NCBI GenBank assembly: GCA_046563655.1
Contig: CM102290.1
Span: 1,488,001 to 1,552,000 of the forward strand
Reading direction: 5' to 3'
Length of the DNA: 64,000 nucleotides
Source of the DNA: Yuukianura sp. NJ FZ-2021
Lineage: Eukaryota
Shown in pieces: positions 39,701 to 51,163 of the stretch. The stretch's first letter is position 1. Each line of letters opens with the position of its first letter. Under the pieces are notes generated by a model, which did no database searches, had not been told where the DNA came from, and saw only the letters and a program-made list of their open reading frames with translations. Both the position numbers and the translations under genes were made by a program.

Positions 39701-41659
39701 GCTTCTTCCATTTTGCCTAAAATTCACTTTTTGAAAAAAAAAAGAAAACCACAACAAAGGATTTTGTTTTGAAACGACTCAAAGTAAGAACAACTTTAAC
39801 CTGTTTTAAGAACTCAAAGTCATATAAGAAACAACTGGAAAGTACATGCAGGGAGAAAGCACAAAAGGACTGTTCTGAATAACAGAGGAGGAGGGAACCA
39901 ACCCCAAGAGAACTAAAGAAACATGAGACTTTCGCAAAACAGAAAGTGGGACACCGAAAAGATGTTTTCTTCGGTTCATAAGGATTCATACTCGCCGCAG
40001 TGGGTGTAATATGCGCTACTTTGCCCTTACGCGACAACCTTAACAAGGTCTTACTGCGAACAGGCCCAACAACCATTTCACAACACATAGAGACATTTTT
40101 TCAGGAGCCCTTTTACAAATTTAAAAAAACAAAAAGTTTGGAATAAAGTGAAACAAGAGAAAAATAAGAAAAGTAAAAATAAAAGTAAAAACGGCTCCAG
40201 GTTGAACACCCTTTCTTTTCAAAACTTCCGACTTACATTGCTACACTTCTGTTTCTGTCAATTCTTAACTTTTGGTTTATAAAACTTTTTATTAGGTTAG
40301 GTTCCAAGCGAGAAGAAAGTTATTATGAAATTAAGTTTTACTAAACAATATGGACACTTTTGGAAGTCAAGAAAGGTGTGGTATTGGTTATTTTTTTAAG
40401 TTGAAATTCGTCCAAAACAATGAAATGGATCATTTAAAATGTAAAAATTTGAGCTAAGTGATATTGGAGAACTAAGGACTAAATGGCTTTCCGTTTCTCC
40501 GAGGAATATATGTTCTTGTTCAGCTGAAATCGAAAAAAGTTACAAACCTGCATTACAGCCTGCCTACTTCCTTGTTATTTTGAAAAAAGAAAAAATGAAT
40601 TCCACAAACAACGCCGGTTAGAGCCTCTTATAATTTTCGGTGGAGCGAAAATGTGCTGAAGGCCTTCTCAACCTTCCACCTCTGTGTCCGTCTCAGCCCA
40701 TTGGTTTTTCCCGAATTGTTCAAAATCCTTATGGACAGTCAACAAAGAGAAAGTTGGCAATGGACAAACTTAATTCCCTCCACAACTCATATCCTTCCAA
40801 GTAAACTTCATATAACATTTCTTTTCTGCCGAAAGAATCACTCAAAAGACGCACATCGCGACATCAAGTATCAGCTCCAAAAAATCCGAATTTCTCAAGG
40901 CTGGAAAAGTCGGTGACACTGACATGGAATAGTGCTAACATTCTATGAACCTAACACAGCACTTTTAGTGTATCTAGCACCTTCTACTTTGTAGAATTTG
41001 GCAAAAGGCTGGAGGCCAAGCGAAACAAAGTCATTTTACAAAATGGTAACATGAGCTACATGGCGATGTCAACATGAACCTAGCAGTTGAGCAAACTTAA
41101 TGACAGTTATCATCATGTGGTTAAACTCTTGAAACCAGTAACAGTTCCGCCCCCAATCTCTCGTCCAATCTCATACTGGAAAATTCTTGGTGGTAGGGCT
41201 AAAGCATCTTCTAAGCAAAAGGAATTTGGTGGACGCCTTGCTAAATGCAAAGTTTAGACTTCGGCGTAGAGATAAAGTACCCACTTGACTCGACACTTGA
41301 ACAATCCTCTGTTCTACACTTTTGTTCTTGTACGCATCTACACTGATCCGGAATGGCTCTATTAAGAAGATGGTGCACTTTGATTCTAAATTGGGTACTT
41401 GGGCACGAGCCCTTCCAGAAACTATGTCATGGACTTCCTGTGAACATTACACACGTCTCCTCCTTCTAAGTAGCTACAAGAAATTATCTCAAAATGTTAA
41501 ACAAGAACAAAAGTTTCAGACCCAGATCACTATCCCGTTCAATTACAACGGAAATTTATGGTCAAATCTTCTCAGTTTTAGCCTCAAATTTTATATCCTA
41601 TTTAAGTATACTTTCTTAATATATTTTAACGTCATTTGTTATTAAAGCTTCAGAAAATC

Positions 41660-42140
41660 AAGACATTTTGAGCAAAAGCGATTAGGAAAATTTTTTTTTT
41701 CGCAAAACTTTCGCAAAACAAAACAAAACTGCAAAACAGAAAACGTTTGGAAAAGGCTTAAAACATCCTAAAAAGTGATTAGGAAGAAAAAATTTTTCTT
41801 TCGAAAAAATTGTCAAAAAAGGTTTATTTTCCGATCCGAAAAATCTTAGGTCCACTTTGAAATTTTCAAAAAAAAATTTTTTCGCTAAAACATCGTTTTA
41901 TAGTGTGAAAATGAGTTTTAAGTAGGTTTGCGGCAAAAGTGAAAAAAAATTTTTTCTTGATGGTACGGGTCCCCCTTTACCTTCATTTTCAAAAAAAGTT
42001 GAAAAACGACAAAGTCCAAAAATATTAAGTAAAGGGGGTACCCTTCTCCCAAAAAAAATGTTCAGTTCTTGCAGAAAACGTTTGGAAATCTAACTAAACC
42101 TAAACTTGTCAAAAAAGGTCGTGAAAAGGTTTTTTTGTAA
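41660..42140. repeat. Probable degenerate interspersed-repeat remnant (A/T-run rich)
   Basis: Internal 17-bp direct repeat CAGAAAACGTTTGGAAA (41737-41753, 42072-42088); inverted pair CCCCCTTTAC (41971-41980) / GTAAAGGGGG (42029-42038). No TIR or TSD found; boundaries approximate. Confidence 0.4.
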
Positions 42141-45100
42141 ATAGTAAATTCTTCTGCGAATCAGGCAAGGCAATTGTGACTTTGGTGAAAGTGTAGAAAA
42201 TTCAATATTGGTTTTTCTATTGTCGTCACCAGGAGAATATAAGATCAAAGGGGATATACTTTCCCTATTATATGTACAGTCAAATTGAATCGCACTTTGA
42301 GAGATGCCATTACGAAAATGGCTTTCATATTTGTTCTAACCAAAACACAATGTACTACCTCAACCAAAAAGGAATTTTTCAATTTGAAAGGAAAATTTCG
42401 CTCCGAATTTTCCCTGCAGAGTTCCGCCATCTTGGCGAACACTTTTACTTTAACAAAGCACTACTATTCTACAACACTCTCGTCACAATCGTGTCACAAT
42501 TCATGTTTATTCATTGTTATTTTTGTGAATTTTGGTTTCACTTTTCTATAGTTTCTCTAAAACTCTACGAGTTTGAGTTGTAGTTGAACTTCCGCTCACA
42601 GTGTTTGTATCAGATTTATTTGAAAAGGTAGCAAGGCAAAACGATCCATCGTGGGAGAAATAAAGAATTCATAGACTTCCCGCCGATTTTCAAAAAAAAA
42701 GTCATGGGAGTCACAGAAAGCAAAAGTTTTAAGGTTTGGAGGGGGGCGGTTGGCTCTATAGTGGAAAGACGTCGATTGTCGATCACTTTCTTATGCTTTC
42801 TCCAGCTCCCTTGGATCCCAAGCTTTTAGAACTGACGGAAAAGAAACTGGGACTGAGGGCTCAACGGAAAAGTCATCAATGATTCACGGAATTGTATTTC
42901 CACATACTTGAACCTCATCAGTCAAAGGTCATCAACTATTCAAGCCACAAGACTTTTCTTTTGATAAGTCCACAACTCTACCACTCTCTTCTCTTTGTTT
43001 TTTACTCTTCTCACGCCCACCTACCTTAACTTTTCCAATACTTTAAACAGTCCTCCAAAATGTCATTGACCTCAGCCGACTTTTAGACAATCAACATTCA
43101 CCCCGTGTGATTTCAACACCTATTCCCACAAACGGCATCATTTGCAACAAATCCAAAAAACTTCTCGTGAGGACCATACTACTTAATGATTGTAAACCTA
43201 ACATAACAATTGTAAACTTTTAAATCTGTGTAGGCAACAGCAAAAGAGTAAAGCCACCTCGTGTTCATTTTGTGTACGGACCAACATTATTGGCTAAAAT
43301 ACAATAGTACATTACACCCATGTACCCAACTTTCTGATTTCAATGAAAAAAATGTCATTTTGAGTTGGAATTGGAATCTTACTTGAGAAAGTTTGGAATT
43401 GTGGAACGAAGAGGAAGAAGTTTGACGTAATTGAAGGTTTCTAGAATGGATTTTGACCTAGACCTGGGTTGAAGGGAGCCTGTGACTGAGTAGAACAAAA
43501 GAAGAAGTGATTTGGAGGAGGTTGAATTTATTCCATCAAATCAAAGCGAGGTTCCCTGGGAAAGCAGAAGGAATTGGTGGATGTCTTTGTGTGCGAAGAG
43601 AGTCTATTAACATGGAATGGACTGCCGACTCCTCACTTTCCCCACTTTCTCCCCCACTTCCCAAACGACTCCATTCATTTCCTACCAACACCATCCGCCA
43701 CTCTCATTAAAAGAACGCAGCCCACGAACTAGCTTCTTCACACACTAACCAAAGTCTCTGTCCGATTCCATTCCGACTGGCAAGGCTGTCCCATCTTAGG
43801 AAAGCAGAGATATAGTTACCAAGTCACTTTCAAAGTACAGCGTGGTCCACAACTAATCCTAAGTTTTCCAAATTTCAAAAGTCAGTGACTTTTCATTACA
43901 CAAATAGTCATACAGTCTAATCTACCAAACTTACTTTGATTTCGTGGAGAAATTTTTGGAGAAACTATTCCGTTTCAGAAAATTTCCAGAAAAATGTTCC
44001 ATTTGGCATGTGCGATTCTACTGGCTACAACTTTTGGCCCACGGTGTACGAAGCAGTCAGAATGTGTTGGAAGTAACAAGAAAAAGAAAGTGGAACTAAA
44101 ACTTGGAGACTGTTGCTAATTGGATTTCGCTAAAACCGTTCCCTTTAAAGAGTTCCTTTGACGTTGTAGTCGTAGTTCGTAGCCAGAGTTTCCGGAACGA
44201 GTGCCTCTATTTTGATATCATCATTCGAACATGTCTAACCATAACGTAACCGAGAATAAGGAAGAAAAGGCCTCTTGCCTAGAGGGAGTCTAGAGCCTTG
44301 GAAGCCCCTATGCTTCCTCACTTTCACCACACAATTTCCACGAAAATAAGAAACTAATTGGGAAGCTCAACAAGCGGAAGTCGTGGTGGTAGCCACCAAA
44401 TACAACAAAAATAACATTATTTCCAGGCCCAAAACCACGTCCTTAATTTACTTTCGGAGTTTGACCTCCACCGGTCAACTTATCACAAAATTCAACATTG
44501 CATGGCACTTCCACACAATATTCCCCCGGAGACTTTCACTTTTTTAAACTTTAAGAAAGTTATCATAATAATTATTAATGCCATTTTGTATTCACCTTGG
44601 TGTTTCATTCAAACTTTGTTATTCTTCCCCACTTGGCCTACATTTGAGAAAAAGTTGAGCCGTTTTGTTAGCCTTTAGTAATCATAATAATAGTTCTACT
44701 CATTTCAAATTCAAAAGGATCCCAAGAAAGTCATTTTCATTAGGTTGGAAACCAAGAAACGGATTGAAGAGGACTTTGAATTCATTTCCAGCTTTCTCAT
44801 TCCGTCGAATGGCCTTTCTCCCTCCATCCATGATTTTCTAAGATTCGAATTGAGAAGGGAAGCCTAGAGGAGGAAGTAACTACGAGAGGCTTGCGGAGTG
44901 GAGGGAGTAACTTCCAAATCCAGTCTGGTTTCAGAAGAGGCTGTTTCTCCTAATTAGAAAAATGTAATTTAGACGAAGACTGTGCACAGTTTCTACCATT
45001 CCAAGACTGTCTTTGTGTCCCGAGTAAAGAGAAAAGTCGTCACCTTTAAAATGGAGACTTCAAGTGAGAGAATGGGTTGGTTAGAAGAGTACTAATTCTT

Positions 45101-48100
45101 AAGAAAAAATTTCAGAGTGTCCATTTCCGCCGTTGAAGGGCTCATAGGAGATGACCTATTTGAATAAAATATGCATTCCCTCCAACCAACTCCCTCAGAT
45201 AATCCAAACTTTGTTCCTCCTCCATTTTGAAAAGGAATCAAAAGTCTGCATAATCCCGAGGGAACTTACAGTTTCTTCAAATGTCCTTCAAGTGAGTGGT
45301 TTTATACGTGTACTTAAAGTAAACTACATTTGCATATCATTGGTGACATGACCTTGTCAAATGTTACAGAGTCACTTGAGATAGCTTAAAGGCAAAAGTA
45401 GAATAGGATTAAGTACTTAAGTTTTTCAAAAAAAAAAACGTATAAAGACAACTTCAATTTTTGCAACAAAAAAAAATCTGATTTTCTAGTTGTCCTACTT
45501 TGTAATAGTTTAGAAAAAAATTTCAACTTTTCAATTTTTCCATAAACTCTCAACCACACCTCGACCTGGCAATGTTGTTGCGCCTTTTGAGCCAAGTTTT
45601 TAAATAATCAACAACTTTGTTTTTACTAAAAGAAAAGCAAAGGAAGCGTGTTTTTGGAAAGAAAGCTTTTGCAAAAGTTTGTAAAAGGTTTATCCCTTGG
45701 CTTCCTTTTCCGAAAATTTTCCATCTGTTTTAAAATTGAAGCGGAAAAAAGGAAAGCTCAGAACCCATTTTCACAATGTTTCAAAGCCTTTAGTTCCATC
45801 TTTGCTCAGTTTCTGCGTCGAGGAAGGCGCTGAGGAAGAAGTCTTGGTTGCAGATCTTTTTGTTTTATCTTAGAAAGAGCAAAGCGTAGTGGTTTTGAGG
45901 GCTGGTGAATTTGTCATGGCTCCAGAGTCAAGTGGTCCTGAGTTGCTGGAGACTTCCACAAATTTAGGACTTTCTCCTCCACCGCTTTCCTTGCTTCCTT
46001 AATCCAGAATCCAAAGGAGAGGAATTGGGTTCGAATCCAACTGAGGTCGAGAAGCCTCCAGAATGGTGACGGTGGAGGAAACTCCGGCGGTAGTTGATTG
46101 AGCAATCCGAGAAAACCTTTCCTATCGTCTCCATTGAGAGCCAAACAATTAGACTTTCCAGGAATCATTTATTCAGTTCAGGACTTTCCAAGAGCGCGGC
46201 AAAAACCGATTGAGGCCAAATACACACACTCTCATTTTAATCAGACCAACAGGACTCAATTTGGAATCAAACATTCTACCGACTCAAACACAATTGGGAC
46301 CCATTTTCATTTCAAATTCAAACTCAGAACGAACTTTGGTTCCAAACGGAAGTCACTTTGGGTAGAGTTCCTTTTCAAATATAAATCCAAATGAATACTC
46401 TAAATTCTACAGTCTCCAGATAACCAATCCAATTCAAACCAGAAAGTCCCCCGTTTATTCAACCAATTTTATTTCCTATCGCTTTATCCTCAATTTCCCT
46501 GTCGATGATATTAAATGCCACTTGGATGCCTTTTGGTTCCAAAAGTTCAAAAGTCACAAAGTTACTTTCTGCAACATAATTCAAGCCTTCCTCACATTCG
46601 TAGGACATAAAAAGTGGAAACCTTAATTTCGGAGGTTAATTTTTCCAAAATCAAAAATGGATATTAATCCGTTACACCATTAGTATTGAGACTTTGACTT
46701 CAAAAATTGATGTTCAATAATCTCCATTTCCAAAAATCACACACTCTTGAATTTCAAATTGAGCAGAACCTAAAACTAGTTTCTTTAGAAATGTTTCAGA
46801 AACAGATTTGTATTGTACAAAAAAGAGCTGGATGTAATTTCCAATTCCTGCTTGTATCCACAACGTTTGAATTTGTAATGATAAAAATGACAGTCTATTG
46901 GTATTATCGATATTCTACTACAAGGATCGAGACAGCGTAAAAATACAATCGAACTTTGTCTCGTGCCAACAGAAATATTGAATTGAACAGAAAAGAAATG
47001 GAAAGGGAAAGCGTATTTCCTCCTACGTTTCCTTTAAGTCCTTCAGCCTATCATTTCCTTCAGAGACTCCGCATAAGTTCGTGTTATAACGTCTGAATTA
47101 TTCATGGAAAAATCTATATAAAAATTCAAAGATTATTTTCATAACAGCAGAATAGAACCAGAGTGCTACTCTCAATAGGTATCACTTTTCCTCCCATGTT
47201 AACATATATTCCCATACAACTTCAGAGCATTAAAATGGAACCTACAGATTACAAAATCCCGAATCGCCATTTCCCATCCAAGTGTAACCCGCGTTGTTTG
47301 AATCTTAAGAAGTATCCCCTTTTTTTTAAAACCGAATTTCTTTAATAATTGAGTTTTCATTTGGCTTAGGAGAGAGGTGGAAGTATTATCCTCTGGTCTC
47401 TTATGCAGATCCCTTTTAAGTCCAACTAAATTTTCATTAGCATAGTCCTACAGAACCTACACAAGGAGAGACTTAGAGGGGGCCCTTGTAGCCTCTTTGA
47501 GTTCATAACAACAGAGTTCCAGTCTTGATTTAATATTCCTTTGGTTCCTCCTCTGTTTGGGTCTAATTTCATTATCCGCCAAGCACTCTTTCCCTTTGTC
47601 CAACTTTAAACCTTGATTCTGATCTTGTGCTCTTTGTAAACTAGGCCTCCAGGCTCCGTTAGCTCCGCAACTAATAAAATTTTGGCTTCCCAACCACGAA
47701 TTCAAAAACCAAAAGTGAAAGTTTGGAGGGAATATTCAAAAGCCAGAGTTTGGAGTGGAGGAAGGTGGTGGAATGAGTAATCAGAGCCAAGGGTGCTAGC
47801 GCGCCCTTGTGTACGTGGTAATGGGCTTATGGTTATGGAAGTGGGTGCGGGTGGGATGCAAATCTGTCTGGATGGTTCTAGTGGGAAATGACATGGGAAA
47901 TTGGGAAATGTTCTAATGAATAAGTAAGTGACGGAGGCTACCCCTGGGCCTAACCTAACTTAAACCTCCAAACCTAAGACGGACTTCCTAAGAACCTAGC
48001 CGTAGGAAAGAGTGGGGTGTGGCGGTGTGCGGTTACGGAGAAAGTAAATTGTAGAAGCCTCTTGATTGCTTGGGGAAAGAACAAACCCAGTTATTTCCCG

Positions 48101-48547
48101 TGGAAGCAATCAGGTTTTGGAGCCACACGACTTTGGGTTGCGGCACAACAAATGAACAAACTGAAGTTCCATGATTCAGAATTTGTCCCATACCACAAAT
48201 AACAAAAAAGTACAGTACGTCTCAAAATTAATTTTCTACGGTTCAGAAACTTTTCGAGTGGGCTGATGTAAATATTAATTACCAAAGACGACAATTTACA
48301 GCTTAACCAACTCATTAGCCCAAATTTAAGCTACTTTCAATTTTTGTTTAAAACTAAACCTAACAAAAGCAAACTAATTAAAAACCGCCAGTTTCCCCGC
48401 CCAAGCAGAAAATGAATGAAACGGATTGCGCTACATTCAGTTTCTATTAGAAAAAAACAACTTCTGCGGAAACGAACCAAATGAGGCGTGAAAGAAGTCC
48501 TTTGAAAAGTACACTAAAGTGGACAGGGTTCGAAAATTACGGTATTT

Positions 48548-48610
48548 TTGCCGAAAACTACGTAACTTACGTAATTATCGTAACTTACGTAATCTACGTA
48601 AGATTGTAAT
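48548..48610. repeat. Left subterminal cluster of TACGTAA/TTACGTAA motifs of the hAT element
   Basis: ctacgtaacttacgtaattatcgtaacttacgtaatctacgtaag, with roughly 9-bp spacing. Confidence 0.8.
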
Positions 48611-48860
48611 TTTCAAAACAAGCCGCCTGCACCCCACTCCCATCCCCAAACCATAAACTATTAATATCTACTATCTAATTGCGTTAAAAATCAAACCAAG
48701 GCCTGATAGAAATATACTGCGGTAGACAATATTTACTACTATTTTATTTTTAAGACTAAACTAACACACTTAACGCAACTAACACAAATAGTTCGAGAAA
48801 CATAACACTAATTATTCCACTGCCATCACATCTAACTCTTCCTCAGGCTCGCGCTCGCTC

Positions 48861-49088
48861 TCAACAATTAGACTCTGAAAATATTAAAGTGAACATGAAG
48901 TACTTGGCCCAATTGATTCGGAGTCTGTCTTTGCCAACGTTTTGATGTTTCTGTAAGTGTGATTTCATCCTGTCCGGGATTCCTGCATATCTCCAATCAC
49001 ACAACTTACAATTTGCCCAGGGGATCTTATTGCCCGGGTTTGGTTCAAGGTCAAAATCGTTCCAAATCGGATCTCTGACGCGTGGCAT
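48861..49088 (-). pseudogene. Truncated transposase: N-terminal BED zinc finger only (75-aa ORF)
   Basis: MPRVRDPIWNDF...WANCKLCDWRYAGIPDRMKSHLQKH matches the BED pattern W-x2-F...C-x2-C...HL-x2-H. The ORF starts at a true ATG. No room remains in the element for the DDE catalytic core. Confidence 0.8.
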
Positions 49089-49128
49089 TTCAATAACAGC
49101 CAGTTAAAACAACAGAAAGAAAAGCTAC

Positions 49129-49758
49129 GAAGAATATCCTGGTATTTCTCGAGCAGACTGCTCGAGAATTATCCTGGTATTTTTCGAGCAGACTGCTCGA
49201 AGAATATCCTGGTATTTCTCGAGCAGACTGCTCGAAGAATATCCTGGTATTTCTCGAGCAGACTGCTCGAAGAATATCCTGGTATTTCTCGAGCAGACTG
49301 CTCGAGAATTATCCTGGTTTTTCTCGAGCAGACTGCTCGAAGAATATCCTGGTATTTCTCGAGCAGACTGCTCGAGAATTATCCTGGTATTTTTCGAGCA
49401 GACTGCTCGAAGAATATCCTGGTATTTCTCGAGCAGACTGCTCGAAGAATATCCTGGTATTTCTCGAGCAGACTGCTCGAGAATTATCCTGGTATTTTTC
49501 GAGCAGACTGCTCGAAGAATATCCTGGTATTTCTCGAGCAGACTGCTCGAAGAATATCCTGGTATTTCTCGAGCAGACTGCTCGAAGAATATCCTGGTAT
49601 TTCTCGAGCAGACTGCTCGAGAATTATCCTGGTATTTCTCGAGCAGACTGCTCGAGAATTATCCTGGTATTTCTCGAGCAGACTGCTCGAGAATTATCCT
49701 GGTATTTCTCGAGCAGACTGCTCGAAGAATATCCTGGTATTTCTCGAGCAGTCTGCTC
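49129..49758. repeat. Tandem array of 18 x 35-bp units, consensus GAAGAATATCCTGGTATTTCTCGAGCAGACTGCTC, inside the hAT element
   Basis: Counted directly: 18 units of exactly 35 bp (630 bp). Variants differ mainly at GAAGAAT/GAGAATT and TTCT/TTTT. Confidence 0.97.
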
Positions 49759-49898
49759 TAGAAAAACCGAAAAAATAATCATCTAAATCACTGCTCTTTT
49801 GTTATTTTGGACTTCTCCCGCTCCCCTGACTCCTACGCTGTCTCCCTCTCGCGTAAAATTCAAAAGAATGAAAATTTCGAAAATTACAACCCCTCTGA

Positions 49899-49950
49899 AA
49901 ATTACGTAACTTACGTACGTAAGTTACGTAAGTTACAGGACGTAAGTTAC
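49899..49950. repeat. Right subterminal cluster of TTACGTAA motifs of the hAT element
   Basis: aaattacgtaacttacgtacgtaagttacgtaagttacaggacgtaagttac. Confidence 0.8.
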
Positions 49951-50898
49951 AGCCTTCGAACCCTGAAAGTGGATAGGAACTTGCAATATAACTTATGTGA
50001 ATTCTGCATGTTGAAAGTGCCACCTTTCCAGTAGGATAATAATCAGACTCAACCAACAAAAATCATCCAATTGCTGAAAAAATCCTTTGTATTTTTTCCT
50101 CTCCGGTTCAATTCAATTCTTCCTAAGTGGCAAAACTGCTGAATAATGCATCTCATCCAACTCTACAGTCCTTCAACTTCTTTTTTTTTTTCATTTCTCC
50201 ATAAGAAGAAGAAAGAAAAACGAGCACGTTTTGTCACGCCACAAAAATAATCGTCCTACAACTTGTAATTGAATACGAAAAGTTTCTATAAGAGAACTAA
50301 ATATTAGGCTTTAAGAGTTTGTATGCAGAGACGCAGGTTTACAAAAACTATTACAAAAAAATCATTACCAAAAAAGTTCCAATTCATTTTTTTCTTATAT
50401 AATTGGAATACAACGTCAATAATAAGGCTTCCGTTGCTATTTTCTGGGAAGTCCTTTTCATCCTCTTTCTATTAGTATAAAATTTGTGAGGATATTTTTT
50501 AGCAATAAACCTTTGTTTCAAGAAAAATTTACACTTTGAGCGATCATTCGGTACAAAATGGCTGTGGAAAGAGAAGCCATTAGAGGAACCAGTACATAAA
50601 ATCTTATCTCCACAATTTGAATGGATGAAAAAATGTTTTCACAACTTTCTCCTGCCAATCCTCTTTCCTTGCTTCAACTAATAACTAATATCCATTAGGA
50701 CGTTAACCATAAAAATATGAACCTAGCAATCAATTTATTACGACCAAAAATTATGTATTTCAGGCCGTAGACGGTCTTTAGGCAAAACCCTAACTCCAAA
50801 TTAGCCATCACAAAAAAATCAAAATGAAGAATAGTCCAAAAGTATACAATTAGATAATTTAAAAAAAAATTGGAATTATCACAACGGACTGCCAATAC

Positions 50899-51163
50899 GG
50901 GCGAAGTAAACTTGGGCGGCCAGACTGTACCCGTTCAAATTGTCGCGCGTTGTCATTGTACCCACCAACATCGCAAGCAATTCTAGCGGCGATAAAGTAG
51001 CTTGAATTTACACGTTACTTTATCGCTGCTAGAAGGTCCTATTGCTTTAATGTTGGTGGGTACAAATGTACCCATCCGATGGGTACAATGGGTGGGTCCA
51101 ACTATAGCGGAGAGAAAATTTGAACGGCTGGGTGCAGTCTGGCCGCCCAAGGTTACTTCAACC
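50899..51163. mobile_element. Fold-back MITE, 265 bp, 8-bp TSD
   Basis: Direct repeat GCCAATAC at 50891-50898 and 51164-51171. Termini GGGCGAAGTAAACTTGGGCGGCCAGACTG and CAGTCTGGCCGCCCAAGGTTACTTCAACC are inverted copies, with two further nested inverted pairs inside. GC-rich relative to the flanks. Confidence 0.85.

Larger units (their letters stand above)
48524..49965 (-). mobile_element. Non-autonomous (internally deleted) hAT-superfamily DNA transposon, 1442 bp
   Basis: Perfect 11-bp TIR CAGGGTTCGAA (48524-48534 / 49955-49965); perfect 8-bp TSD AAAGTGGA (48516-48523 and 49966-49973); subterminal TTACGTAA-type repeats at both ends; internal BED-finger ORF. An 8-bp TSD, short CAGGG-starting TIRs and an N-terminal BED finger are established hAT hallmarks. 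Confidence 0.92.

Noticed and set aside
49129..49758. CRISPR array (35-bp palindromic repeats)
   Set aside because: There are no unique spacers: units are head-to-tail near-identical, no cas genes are present, the context is eukaryotic, and the array lies inside a TIR/TSD-bounded transposon.
49129..49758. Multimerised heat-shock elements (GAAnnTTC-like)
   Set aside because: Best matches (GAAtaTCCtgGTA, TTCtcGAG) have mismatches in most pentamers and lose register; too weak to call.
49802..50059. ORFs overlapping the right end of the hAT element
   Set aside because: They run across the TIR/TSD boundary and translate the subterminal repeats; artefacts.
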